Assembly (NCBI RefSeq): GCF_001194135.2
Contig: NC_068990.1
Coordinates: 81,177,334 to 81,224,777, forward strand
Reading direction: 5' to 3'
Origin: Octopus bimaculoides
Taxonomy: Eukaryota
DNA: 47,444 nucleotides
The notes under the pieces: generated by a model
Seen by the model: only the letters and a program-made list of their open reading frames with translations
What the model was told of the DNA's origin: nothing
Databases searched by the model: none
Shown here: one piece after another, positions 33,883 through 46,944 of the stretch
Numbering within the stretch: the first letter of the stretch is position 1
Layout of the letters: each line of letters opens with the position of its first letter
Made by a program: the position numbers and the translations under genes

Positions 33883-34002
33883 CTTTTCATCTTTCTTCCT
33901 GGAAAGGCAATTTGACGCTCGGGAATGTTGCCACCTTCCATCCCTGCTTCATCAACGCGCCAAAATGTCAGCCGTGTTTAATTGAGCGTCACTTCTGTTT
34001 GG

Positions 34003-34040
<38 letters not shown>

Positions 34041-34232
34041 ACACTCACACACAGACACACAGACACACAAATGCATGCATACGTACACACACACACACAC
34101 ATACACATACACGGACACACACACACAGTCAGAAGATTGGATATTTCTACTGAGGTCGCCATGTTTGTTATATAGTTTGGCCAGGAGTGGTAAGTAACTA
34201 AGGCTATCTCACAGGCGTCACACACACGCACG

Positions 34233-34290
<58 letters not shown>

Positions 34291-35549
34291 CATACATGGA
34301 CATGATTTCGCATACTTGCACAGCGGTTCCCTCCACTCATCATTCACACAGCTAAAAAAATCTCTAATCACTTTGTATGTATATATAGGCATGTATGTGT
34401 GCATGCGTGTGTGTATGAATGCGTTTGTACGTATATACCATACACCCACCCACACGCTCATACATATTCTTATCCTCTTACACTTATGTGTGTATAAGTG
34501 TGTGTGTACGCAATGGTCTCTATGAATGTTGGTATTTTAGAGGAAACATAATAAACAATGTACAACGATTTTTTTGTTCCCGAGAGAGCGTTAACGGATA
34601 TTATGGGGAGGATGTAGAGAGAAGGGGACAGGCGTTTGTTTGGTTTAAGAGTTTTAACGCTTGTGGGTTAATTCTTTCGTATCTGATGTCGCTACTACGC
34701 CAAAGTAACTCAATTTAAATCGAGTGACAAGCATTTTGCCTCTGATCCCTTTTGTGTCTTTCTGTTTTTTTTACTTTGCAGTCTATAGGATTTATAAAGG
34801 CAATTTAGGGATAATGGCTCTGAAGCACCTTCTTATTATAATGCGATTGCGAATTTTCTTCCTTTGCAGAGAGCCTCTCAGTAACATTTAGTCGCCATTA
34901 TTCAATATACAGTTAAGCACATACACGGACACGTACAAACATACGTACACGCACGCGCATGCTTCCCCCCACCCCTCCACCACACACAATATGTATATAT
35001 ATGTATGTTCGCATGCAACTGTGTGGAATTGTCTTTTTATTAATTATTTTAATGAATTCTTCGTACTTGGAAAGATCCGGATTATTAACAAAACGAATAT
35101 GTTTATCGCTGAAAATTGGATAATAATAATAATGATAAGCGTTGCATATTCAAATTCAGAAGTCCTTGCATAATGTTACTGTTGTACCTATCTTATATAT
35201 NNNNNNNNNNNNNNNNNNNNNNNNNNNNNNNNNNNNNNNNNNNNNNNNNNNNNNNNNNNNNNNNNNNNNNNNNNNNNNNNNNNNNNNNNNNNNNNNNNNN
35301 NNNNNNNNNNNNNNNNNNNNNNNNNNNNNNNNNNNNNNNNNNNNNNNNNNNNNNNNNNNNNNNNNNNNNNNNNNNNNNNNNNNNNNNNNNNNNNNNNNNN
35401 NNNNNNNNNNNNNNNNNNNNNNNNNNNNNNNNNNNNNNNNNNNNNNNNNNNNNNNNNNNNNNNNNNNNNNNNNNNNNNNNNNNNNNNNNNNNNNNNNNNN
35501 NNNNNNNNNNNNNNNNNNNNNNNNNNNNNNNNNNNNNNNNNNNNNNNNN

Positions 35550-35620
35550 CCAAAGCCTTGTGTGTGGATTTGGTAGACGGAAACTGAAAGAAGCCCGTCG
35601 TGTATTTGTATATATATATG
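35550..35620 (+). mobile_element. SINE family B, central part emerging from a gap
   Basis: caaagccttgtgtgtggatttggtagacggaaactgaaagaagcccgtcg. Confidence 0.88.
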
Positions 35621-36712
35621 TGTGTGTGTGTATGTGTGTGTGTGTGTGTGTGTGTTTGTGTGTATATGTATATGGGAAGAGACAGAGAGAGAAGAGAGAG
35701 AGAGAGTATTTGACATGAAGATGTTAAATGTAATACATTTTAACTTCCCTAATTCGTAGCACATGATCACAAATATGGTGATGAAATACATAAAAAGTAA
35801 GTTAAGACATAGGTACGCTTCGACAATATTGCAGATGATTAATATTGAACAGAGTTGCATAATATTTATTGACAAGCAATTTTCTTGTCACACAACTTAC
35901 TGACTATGTAATTAATGTTCTCCAAAGTAACATTTTCGTGACAGAGCAGAATTAATATTTCTTTCAACGTGAAATGAATTACATGCATTCCCATCAATAT
36001 CACCTCATTTTCTAGTACTTATTTTATTAGGGGAAATTTCAAAACAGTTGCAGATTTGAGCGTTATCTGGACGACGGGCATAAGAGGCAAGTTATTCATT
36101 TCGAATTTTTATTTGTAACGAATAGTTGTTGGGTGACTTAAAAGGAAAACGAATCTACAAGCATCAAGTTTTGAAATTTTCCTATCGTTTGCCAGATTCT
36201 ATTCTTGTAACTAAACAGGAAAACATACATCAAAGCTAATCCAGTTTTCGTGTAACAACATTCTATGGCCAATAAGGAAGATAACGAAACTAAATTTTCT
36301 TTTGCTCCTAAAATAATTTCCAGCTCAGTGGGCGAAAGATTTATAGCATTTCTACTAGAAACTGTTAGTTTATCCAAGAACTTCTGCTAGATATCCGAAT
36401 ATATCCAGGCCTCAACACTTCATTAGAAGACAAGAGCTTGTGTTAATCTTCCGGGCTTCAGTGAGATATAAGCAGTAATTGTCATTTGTCTTTTTTAGAC
36501 GAAATAGCCTCTGATATGTGTTATATTATCTACAAACTATTCAACTAGTTCAATGAAAACAACATCGAACTCACAATATGTCCCACTGCAAAACAAAATA
36601 GACAATTGGCTCTTAGACATTTTGAATATGGTACAAATAAAAATGAAATATCTTAATAAACATGAAGAAGCACTTCAGTGGATGGCTGAAACAGCCATAA
36701 CCTTGTTTAGGC

Positions 36713-36890
36713 TTAAGGCAGCGAGGTGTCAGAATCATTAGAGCGCCAGCAGGACGCCTTGTGCTTATTGCTCTGGTGCTTTACGCTCTGATTTCAAAAC
36801 ATCCCACACATGTCAATGTGGCTTATAGCTCTCCCGTGTCGATAAAATAATGTACCAGTAAATTAATGGGGTTGATAATATTTACTAAAC
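36713..36890 (+). mobile_element. SINE family A-like, old copy
   Basis: aaggcagcgaggtgtcagaatcattagagcgcc...gtcgataaaataatgtaccagt...ggggttgat. Confidence 0.6.
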
Positions 36891-37109
36891 ACATTTCCTT
36901 AAAAAATACAGACCCTGAGGCTTTGTACTAAATCAGAAATAATTATTCTCTCTTAGTGTTTTATATTAACTCCGACAACAGAATTCATTCTACATCTAAA
37001 CGAGAACAAAAAAAAACAAAAACAAAAAAAAACAGAAAACGCAAACGGTCCCCGCATGGCCGCCATACCAATGGCTAATAAGTAATAACAGTAAAATGCT
37101 ACATGTATA

Positions 37110-37981
37110 CATAGGAAGAATTTGATCAGATAAAATGCTTAAATAGTCTTGACTATTAATTCTGTCATGAAGGGAAACCATTGGGCCGGCGGATTTCCAA
37201 GATATAGCCCCCACATCATCACAGATCCTCCTCCATGTTTAACAGTTGAAAGAAGGCAGTCTGGTTGAAATGCTTCTTTTGGCTGTCTCTGCACGTATAC
37301 TCCGCCGGTGGTCGGAAATAAGGTAAAAGATGACTCGTCGGAGAAAATAACATTCTTCCACTGCTCTAGGGACCAATTCTGTAGGTTTTTACTCCACTCT
37401 AAACGCTTTGCAACGATTGTTTTTGAAAGTAGTGGTTTTCTGATTGCAGCCCTCCCGTGAAACCCGACTTTGTGCAGCTCGCAGTGAACGGTTTTTCTGG
37501 AAACTGAGTTCTCGGGGTGGTCATTAAGCTCTGCAGTAATTTTGGATATACTTTTGTGATCCTTTCTAACAATTCGCGTAAAAGTTCGACAGTCCCTATC
37601 TGAAAGTTTTGATTTTCTTCCAGAGTTTCGTTTCTACGAGGAGGTTTTTCCCTCTTTCTCAAAGGCTGTCATTACTTTCGAGACAGTACTTCTTGATACA
37701 CCAAATATCTCGGCTGTTTTCGTTACGCTAGCGCCTGCCATACGAGCACCAACAATTTGACCTCTTTGAAAGTCCGATAGATCTGTCATCTTAATGAATT
37801 TTATTTACCTTTTTTCTGTTGATATCTGAAAAGAAACAGCAATTTTAGCAAAACATATTAAGCAACACTAATAATAAACAAAAAAAAAAACATAAAAATA
37901 AACAAGCTTTTGGCGGTTTTATAGATATTTTAAAATTATGATGCTATGATGCTATGATGCTAGGTGTTTGTCCAACCCCTG
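37110..37981 (-). mobile_element. Tc1-family transposon, 3'-truncated, with transposase pseudogene (ATG at 37789)
   Basis: MTDLSDFQRGQIVGARMAGASVTKTAEIFGVSRSTVSKV (HTH), GRKSKLS, RKPLLS, WKNVIFSDES (first catalytic D), KHGGGSVMMWG; one in-frame TAG; TIR-like caggggttggacaaa next to TA at 37982-37983. Confidence 0.93.
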
Positions 37982-38200
37982 TATATATATTTGTATGAAT
38001 GTATATATATTACATGTACTGTAACAACCATCTTTATACAATGCAATAATAAACATAATCAAGTAATAAAATAGGTTTTTATTAATATTTTCAATTCCTG
38101 TTCCAGCTGCACAAATTAAACCTTGAAAATGGCTTTTGAGATGTTTCAATTTGCTAAATAATGTTTCTGTCAATGATATCGCAGTTGAAATTATTAATAA

Positions 38201-38403
38201 TCCTTTCTACTAAAGACACAAGGCCTGGAATTTTTTGAGGGGAGGGGACTATTCAATTACATCGATCCCACTGATTCGCTAGTACTTAATTTATCGACCC
38301 CGAAAGGATGAAAGGCAGAATTTGAACTCAGAACGTAAAGACAGACGAAATGCCGCTAAGCATTTTGCCCGGCGTGCTAACGATTCTGCCATTTGGACGC
38401 CTT
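38201..38403 (-). mobile_element. SINE family A, near full length
   Basis: Minus head ggcagaatcgttagcacgccgggcaaaatgcttagcgg...gagttcaaattctgcc; tail ...tagtagaaagga-ttatt. Confidence 0.9.
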
Positions 38404-38614
38404 GGAATTGTTAATAATATTCTCGAATTAACATAAGCACCTGTAAATATCCTACAGGATATCGCACATTTAACAAAAAGCTATCAGTTTTAGTTCGCCA
38501 TCATTTACTTTATATACTTACAATAAACGGGGGTTCTTTTGTACCGACAGTAAATGTTGCATTCTAATACAAAATCCTCACCATTAATACCTGTAGGATA
38601 TTAATTTTAACCCC

Positions 38615-39050
38615 TTCGCTTTTGCGTATCATTTACAGACACTCTGGATTATTTTCACAAGAAATCAAAATTTTCAGCCAACCACTTAACAGCGTTAAAA
38701 TGTTTAGTTAATCGTGTAATAATATTATCAATCAAAATATAAAAACACGTTTATTGACGAAGAACTCTTCTAGTGAATCGTCTGTATGATTAATTCTGCT
38801 AGTTTGGCATCAGGTTTTGTGTTGTCGTGCAATTTTCTCCTTTGATTCACACTTTCACACCTTTGAGAGAGTTTGACTGCCAACTTAAGAACTGATGCGA
38901 TACATCTTGCTTCATTCCAGACGCTTTTCTGCTTGTCTCGTAATTTCATGAAGTTTTCTAGGAGAGTTTGAATGTTACAAGCTTCCATATCGAATGCGAC
39001 GTCTCTAACTTGAATTAATTTCGTAGGAAATAATTTTTAGAACCAACATT
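38615..39050 (-). pseudogene. hAT transposase fragment (ZMYM1-like group)
   Basis: LIQVRDVAFDMEACNIQTLLENFMKLRDKQKSVWNEARCIASVLKLAVKL...RKLHD, then frameshifted IDNIITRLTKHFNAVKWLAENFDFL; pattern recalled from hAT transposases upstream of the hATC domain. Confidence 0.65.
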
Positions 39051-39104
39051 TTGACGCAAATGGCTGCCATTAACACGCAAATAAAATATTTCGTGTATTC
39101 TTTT

Positions 39105-39536
39105 ATTCTTTTATCATTTTACTTGTTTCAGTCACTTGACTGCGGCCATGCTGGAGCACCATCTTTAGCCGTACAAATCGTCCCCGAGACTTATTCTTTT
39201 TAAGCCTAGTACTTATTCTATCGTACACTTTTGCCGAACCGCTAAGTTACGGGGACGTAAACATGCCAACATCGGTTGTCAAGCGATGGTGGGGGTACAA
39301 ACACAGACACAAACTCACAANNNNNNNNNNNNNNNNNNNNNNNNNNNNNNNNNNNNNNNNNNNNNNNNNNNNNNNNNNNNNNNNNNNNNNNNNNNNNNNN
39401 NNNNNNNNNNNNNNNNNNNNNTATACATACACAACGGGTTTCTTTCAGTTTTAGTCTACAGAATTTACTCACAAGGCTTTGGTCAGCCCGAAGCTACAGT
39501 AGAAGACACTTGCCCAAGGTGCCAGGCAGTGGGGCT
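39105..39536 (-). mobile_element. SINE family B, near full length, gap at the internal microsatellite
   Basis: Both halves are colinear across N39321-39421. Confidence 0.92.
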
Positions 39537-39539
39537 GAA

Positions 39540-39630
39540 AAAGTCGACGGGGACGGAAAAATAAGAACCAGTTGAGAGCTAGGGTCGATGCAATCAACTA
39601 GCCCCTCCACCAAAATTTGAAACAATTATT
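39540..39630 (+). mobile_element. SINE family A, 3' fragment
   Basis: aaaataagaaccagttgagagctagggtcgatgcaatcaactagcccctccacc. Confidence 0.7.
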
Positions 39631-40584
39631 ATTGTTATAACTTTCAACAATGAAGGCACTTTCTAGGAACATTCTGGTTGTCTTGATTGCAAAAAACTCC
39701 GGCAATAAGATCGTTTGAGGCTAAATGAAAATTGGATAACTAAATATTACATAAGTAAATCATTATAATTGAAAATTGATAATTCGATATCATTGATTTA
39801 CCTGAATTATAGTTCTCTGTAGTATGATTTTTAGGCGGAGCTTGAACATATGTAGGTCCCTAAATTAGGCATAATTTGGATAACTCCAGGTGTTCGATTA
39901 TTCAAATTTTATCGGACTTACAAGACTAACAACAGACACAATGATCGCTAACGAACGTATCTATTGATACGGATTATCACTCATTCATCACAGGTAAAGT
40001 TATCCTTTCGTCTCAAAGGAAAATTAAACAGAGATCAGGAAAAAGCTGAGAACATATCTGAAGTGTTATGTGTTTGCTAATTTTTTTTTTGCAGTAATGC
40101 AATGGAAGGGAGCTGTGCGTTTATTATTAGGAGTTGAGGTAGAGATCACTATACTTATACGGAACCTTCCTTGGTTCGCTTTTTCACAGGCCTATCCATC
40201 AGGGAAACTACTCTTCTTGTAGCTATGTTTGCCACCCTCTTTTCAGGACAAAAGTAAGCATATGGTTACAATTTTATGCAAAAAAAAAAAAAACATCTCG
40301 TGCACATTAATTGACCCTTGTAATACCTTATTTAAGAGTTGTCTCCCGTAAATATCGGAAACTAAGCTAAAATCACCCGGTGATTAATTCTGGTTTTGTT
40401 TTCCTGGCCACATATCTATTTCCAGTCAGCATTTTAATCCCCGCTACATTAAAGATGATAACACTAAGTGAACTGTTTTATTTATAGATTCAATTAATTA
40501 ATAAGAGAAATCATGCGGAGTTTTTCTAATTAGTTTTTTACTACCCACGCTTTTAAGTATGGTAGTGCAATACCTTAATTAATC

Positions 40585-40660
40585 ATGCTTATTGACACAG
40601 GAGGGATGAAAGGTATGTAGGACTCAGCAGGTTTTGAAATCAGAACGTTCGCGGATGTAA
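40585..40660 (-). mobile_element. SINE family A, degenerate fragment
   Basis: ttattgacacaggagggatgaaagg...tttgaaatcagaacgt. Confidence 0.55.
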
Positions 40661-40729
40661 GTAAATGCCGGTGCCCTACAAATCCCAAAATGCAATACCC
40701 ACTTCATGGAAATAAATAAATATTCTTTC

Positions 40730-40940
40730 TCGCAGGGTCTCTCACCCAAACAGCCACCTTCATTTTTTTCTCTCTTTGCGTAACTTAATCAGAGGAAGAA
40801 AAGCAGCATTCGTGACCTCCTGCATAGCCTCTGACAGAGTTAGAAAGGAAGGGAGGATGGATATGAGGAAGGTAGGGAAGAAGTTATTCTTATGCTAGAA
40901 ATTAAAGCGAAAAAGGATTCCTCTACAGACAGACAGGGTT
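40730..40940 (-). pseudogene. Possible Penelope-like RT C-terminal remnant
   Basis: SSYPSSLPF*LCQRLCRRS loosely resembles SSHP...SIPFSQFLRLRRLCS. Confidence 0.25.
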
Positions 40941-41201
40941 AGGTTATGGTTCTAAATCTGGCGGCAGATTAAAATTGTCCTCGATTTGGAAATTCAAAGA
41001 ATATGTTTTAAGAGAAGATCCGATATGATCGTATTTATTTCTCAGATAACATTAATGACAGCCATACAAACTTCACCCCATTAGTTCATATTTGGAATGT
41101 ATAAATGTATGAACGTATATATNNNNNNNNNNNNNNNNNNNNNNNNNNNNNNNNNNNNNNNNNNNNNNNNNNNNNNNNNNNNNNNNNNNNNNNNNNNNNN
41201 N

Positions 41202-41236
<35 letters not shown>

Positions 41237-41834
41237 TGTATGTATGTATGTATAACAAGGAGGGGGAAAAAGGACCTTTCTTTTCAAAGCTTAAGAAAAC
41301 TGGGATAATCTTTCTCAGATTACCTTACCAGATTGTACATTTATTACAATTCCAAAAATATCTTATTACATTACTCGACACGATTCTGGCCGTCATGGAT
41401 TCCGTGAGAACATTTGCATACAGTCAGATTTTTAAGCGGTCATGTGAGAACGGAATAAAAATGGAGTTGGCCTATCCAGTTCTACTTTTTCTTTCCTATT
41501 CTTTTTTTTTTTTACCTTTTCCCCAGTTTGCCATAAAAATCTTCTCATAGATTTCGATAATATTTTAAAGTGTTATTGCTAAAATACACACTGACAAACA
41601 CATATATATATACTCACAAGTATTTACACACATAAATACACACACATACACACGTGCACAAACATTACACGTATACACGTTTACATTATACACATATAAA
41701 TATACGTAGATGAAAGAAACTACTCGGCTATTCCAACCAGTGCTACGTAAACTAACCAATATATAAATTCACGTACAAATAAAACTAGTGTATTTGCATT
41801 TTATTCAACCATATATATGTATGCATGTGTGTAC

Positions 41835-41836
<2 letters not shown>

Positions 41837-41917
<81 letters not shown>
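41837..41917. repeat. (AAT)n microsatellite
   Basis: Direct reading. Confidence 0.97.
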
Positions 41918-41918
<1 letters not shown>

Positions 41919-42863
41919 TTTCTGATAACAATAAATATATATATAATATCAATATACATATCTACGCAGAAATCACCCGTTAATTTTATGTTAGAATAAT
42001 TTGAAAAAAGGCAGTGTGGTGTAAAAATCGCTTAGAAACAAACAAAACAAACTATTGCAGCTCGCCACCAGCTATCGGTTAGAGTTAGCATAGGTAGGAA
42101 GAGTATGAGGAGGAGTGATGTAAAATGAAAGAGAGGGAGAGATAGAAGGAGGTGGGGAGAGAGAGAGAAACAATGAGAATGAAATAGGAAGTGATATATA
42201 TATATATATATAGAGAGAGAGATAGTTTTGTTCAACTCTAGTTAATGGGATTTGAAACTGGAAATTCAATAGCTGTTTACTGAAAAGCAGAATGAACATT
42301 AGCTTAACCATTTTACATGCAACTTCAAAAATGGAGAACCGAGATTTTTCAATATTTCTGTAGAATGGTGATATTTATATGTTTATTCCCAATTTTCACT
42401 CGTCAGTATGTGTACGTGTATATAATGCACGTTATGTAACATACACACACACATGTGTATATATATTATACAGAGAGAGAGATATAGGTGGAAGGATATG
42501 ATATTTACAAATACTTATATACAGATAAATACATCCACACACAGTCATATGTCTAATTCTTCCGTGCAAGCGTATGTATATGTGTGTGTATATGTGTATA
42601 TATGTGTATCGGTAAATGCATGATGTGACTATAGTGAAGCCAAACGCGATATCTCACATGAAACTGAGTTCTTTTCATTTTTATATTCCCAAGCTTATAT
42701 TTTATTTTAATTCAACATTATACAGGCGCGCGCACGTGCACGTGTGTACCTATCGGTTTTTTTTATTCCACCCCCAACCCACCCGTTTTTCGCTCTTAGT
42801 TTAGAATTTCCATTTTAAGGATAAGTCCACTTTAAAGGGAATATATATATATATATATATATA

Positions 42864-43910
42864 TTATGTTGTCTGACATGAAATGTATTTTAAACGGTTT
42901 CTTATGAGTCATCTATAAATGGATTTTTAATGAGATTCTATGTAAATGCTTGTGTTTATTCTTAACTCTTTTTCTTTCAAGACAATACTATTATCCAAAA
43001 TTGCTATCCACAACTCTTATGACAATGTTGACAACTGAACAATACGGAGTGATTTTCTTGTGTGAATACAAGTTGGCTCACTCTGCCACCGAAGCTCTAC
43101 GAAACATCAAGCGGGCTTTTGGTAACGATTCTGTTGACATAACTATTCAGAGATGGCTCCAAAGATTTCGTTCGGGAAATGAAAGCCATAAAAATGAACC
43201 AAGAAGGAGACCAAAATCAGTTATTCAGCATGATGAATTGAATATTTTGGTTAAACGAAATCCGAGAACAACGGTCCGAAAACTGAGATCAGACTTCTAG
43301 ACATCTCCCACGACTGCTTCTCGACATTTGAAGAAAATTGGAAAGGTAAAAAAGATGGAGGCCTTTGTTCCCCATCAACGTAACGAGATTCAAAGAAAGA
43401 AACGTCTTACAGTGGAGTGGGTTCCATGTTGATTTCTCGGTTGGAAAGAGAACCATTTTTGTATCGACTCATTAAGTGTGATTAGAAATGGATACTCTTT
43501 GATAACAACAGGAGGACGGGACAGTGGTTAGATGCAAGAGAGTCACCAAAACACTACCCAAAACCTCCATTGTACCCTAAAACGTTGGCCACTGTATGCT
43601 GGTCAAAAAAGGGGTTTATTTGTTATTTATTTTCGCAACAAAGAAAAACTGTATCAGCAACATCCTCTTGTCAAGAAATTGATTGTATGCATGAAAAATT
43701 AAAAAAGAAGCAACTTAGATTTGTAAATAGAGATGGCCCAATCACGGCCTCACACTTTTTAACGTACGGTCCACAAGTTGCAAAGCCTGAATTATGAAAT
43801 TTTGACACATCCTCCTTATTCTGATATCTTTCCTATGGATTATCACATATTTAAACACTTCGCGCTTGCTATATGCAATAAAACGTTCTTAAATAAAGGA
43901 ACAGCAATTA
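42864..43910 (+). mobile_element. mariner-family transposon, degenerate (ATG at 43025)
   Basis: EYKLAHSATEALRNIKRAFG...TIQRWLQRFRSGNES (HTH), FVPH (WVPHEL), FLYRLIKCD*KWILFDN, HPPYS-DIFPMDYHIFKH (HPPYSPDLAPSDYHLF); stops and frameshifts; starts after a TA run. Confidence 0.9.
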
Positions 43911-44192
43911 TGAATAAATGCATAATTATGAAGAAAATTATGAATATTTTGATAATGGTGATGGTAATAATGAATATAATATGTGTTTTTGTTTCACCTC
44001 ATATGGTACAAGTCTTCTGTACTTATTATCCACTGTACTTTTCTTACTTTTGTTAGCGTTTTTATCGTTTTTATGTAACTGCAGTGACATTTTTGCCATG
44101 ATAATTCATTCATATTATATGGTCACTCTATATTGTCTGTGCATGTTATTCAGTTTATTCATATAAACCTCTTTACTGGTTTTTAGAATTGT

Positions 44193-44388
44193 TTCTAAAA
44201 AGGCACAAAGTCTGAAATGTGGAAGATTTAGTCGATTATACCGACCTCAGTATCAGAATGGCACTTTATTTTCTCGACTTCTGAAAGATGAAATGCAAGC
44301 TGAACGCAATGAAATTTGAAATCAGAGTGTAAAAAGTCAGGAACATATATCGTAAAGCATTTTTTTCAACGCGCTAACAATTCTGCCC
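44193..44388 (-). mobile_element. SINE family A, old copy
   Basis: agtcgattataccgacctcag...ttttctcgac...gatgaaatgc...gcgctaacaattctgcc. Confidence 0.65.
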
Positions 44389-45021
44389 ATCCAATTGTCA
44401 CAAATTCAAATCTTTCATTGAAGTGCTGGCGCCTGGATACCAAACCATATTTTCTGGTTTATAACTGATGTGCTTAAATACACTGGCTGTTCCAAGTAGA
44501 AACAAATTTTCCGCTCGGTTTGCTGTAGATTATTTTATAGGCTGAAAATGAATTTCGTTCCTTTGTCTTCGTTGGTAGCCATACACTGTACAAAGCCAGA
44601 GGTTAATAATGATGTTTATATTCAAGATATTGAACCCCCGTAATGAAGATGGTGGCTACGATAGCGTAGATGATGAAGGTGATGATGGTGATGGTTGATT
44701 TGGTAGAGGGTGATGGTGGTAGCGGTTAGCGGTGGTGGTAGCGGTTAGCGGTGGCGGTAGCGGTGATTATGACGATCATGGCAGTAACTTTGATGAATAA
44801 GTAACTAATTATGAAGAAAATAATGGATATTTTGTTAATAGTGATAATGATCATAAACGTAATTCTTGTCTTGTTTTGCATCTGCTTTCTTTGAAGTCAT
44901 TTAAGGCTTTAATAGGGAAAATAAGTAGTACTTTTCTAAGACTGAAGAATAATAATATAGCAAACCGAATTTATAGACAAAGCTCCACCTGATTCTATGG
45001 AAGAAAAGGTGGGGGTGGGGT

Positions 45022-45132
45022 CTAGTATGCATGGGCGACTACTGGTCTTCTATTGATAACCTTGCCCGGATTGGTGCCTTGGAGGGGAACTTTCTAGGTG
45101 CAATCCCATGGTCATTTGTGACCGAAGGGGTT
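45022..45132 (+). mobile_element. SINE family D, 3' fragment
   Basis: gtatgcatgggcgactactggtctt...aaccttgcccgga...aactttctaggtgcaatcccatggtcatt...gaaggg matches 14866-14970. Confidence 0.88.
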
Positions 45133-46944
45133 CTTTTCCTTTACCCTTTATCTATTGTAACGGAAAAATTACATGATATTATTTTATGTTTGTTCATTAA
45201 ACCTTTATTATATGATATTCCTGCATCTGTTGACTCAATCAGGGACTGTTAGTTTCAATCGCATTGCGTTGCATTTGGAGCAAATGTTATTTTCTATAGC
45301 TTTGAATCTACCCACAAATCATCAACGAAATTTGGTAAATGTAAGCTACCTTAAAGCTTGTGGGGGTAGATCGAGACTCTCTCATTTAAAAGTATAACCT
45401 GTTCACACATCGTGTCACATTGATTTTTATTTGGAAATTACATTAAATGGTACACGTTAATTCAGGAGCACGTAATTCTGTAGATCGAAGCCAATTCTCA
45501 TCGTCGATTGACGAAGAAACATCTATCCATTGCAGTGTCTCTCTTAAGTAAAAAGCATATTATATCAAATGCTGTAATGATATATTATTCTACGTTATTT
45601 TGTGCGCTGATGTTATATACAAGAGGTTATGTGGTGTAGCATATCATGCAGTATTGTGTACTGTTGTGTGTTATAGGTACTATATTATGTCTATGATATA
45701 TTTTATCCTTTGTTAAAAGTATTTTCCTGCGGTTATTCAAAATTTTGTCATTTGTTAATGATTTGTACTGATTTATATTGCGTAATATTAACACATTATT
45801 CTATTTTTCAATTACTATATTTCTTTCCGTTTATTACTATGTTGAAGTTGTGTCCTTCCTATTATTGTTATTATTTTTGTCGGTAATGGTTGCGGGTGAA
45901 GGTAGTGATGGTAGCCGTTAGATTTAGGTCAACCCTGATCGAAAAGTAGAACCTAACTGAAATTATGCTAAGGTAAGTAAACAATTTTCCGTCTATCTAA
46001 AGCAGATAAGTAATTCCATAGCCTACTAAAAATTATTTTGTTACAGATCTCCCCAATCCTCAGACACGTAGCTTGAATGTACAAAACCGAAAAGTCTTCT
46101 TTCTTCTTATGAACAAACACAACGAACAAGAAGAATCACTTATTTATCCCGCTTAATATGTTTCCAGTGTGTTAATTAAATTATAGGTGTTATTTTGGAA
46201 GATAAGAAAATTTTTTTAAATCGCTTTGATGTTAAAGCAAAAGAAATCGCTTTTCGCGAAAACTCTCTTCACTAACTCAATTTTAATCTCATATCCCCTC
46301 AGACAAATAAATAAATAAATAAAACAAATGAATAGAATATATAAATAAATAAGAAAATGAATAAATAAATAAATCCTCGTATTTCTTCAATCAAATTTTC
46401 AGCAAAACGAAACGAACATTACAAGAAATAAATTCATCATTCTATGAATCCACTCAACATGTTTACTTACTATCTTTCATGTAAAAAAGAAAAATCGAAC
46501 ACAAATCATTTGTAAAAAAGTCTCGTTGAAATATGTGGAAATAAATAAATAACTATATATATNNNNNNNNNNNNNNNNNNNNNNNNNNNNNNNNNNNNNN
46601 NNNNNNNNNNNNNNNNNNNNNNNNNNNNNNNNNNNNNNNNNNNNNNNNNNNNNNNNNNNNNNNNNNNNNNNNNNNNNNNNNNNNNNNNNNNNNNNNNNNN
46701 NNNNNNNNNNNNNNNNNNNNNNNNNNNNNNNNNNNNNNNNNNNNNNNNNNNNNNNNNNNNNNNNNNNNNNNNNNNNNNNNNNNNNNNNNNNNNNNNNNNN
46801 NNNNNNNNNNNNNNNNNNNNNNNNNNNNNNNNNNNNNNNNNNNNNNNNNNNNNNNNNNNNNNNNNNNNNNNNNNNNNNNNNNNNNNNNNNNNNNNNNNNN
46901 NNNNNNNNNNNNNNNNAGAATATATATGTATACATATCCTTTTA

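Noticed and set aside
36138-36390. 79-aa minus ORF with a possible gtatgt donor
   Set aside because: No polypyrimidine tract at the acceptor and no recognisable homology.
38446-38602. 13-bp inverted repeat aatatcctacagg/cctgtaggatatt as MITE termini
   Set aside because: No second copy and no clear TSD in the window; cannot be distinguished from chance.
41320-41445. Possible plus-strand exon
   Set aside because: All three frames are partly open, so there is no discriminating signal, and no homology.
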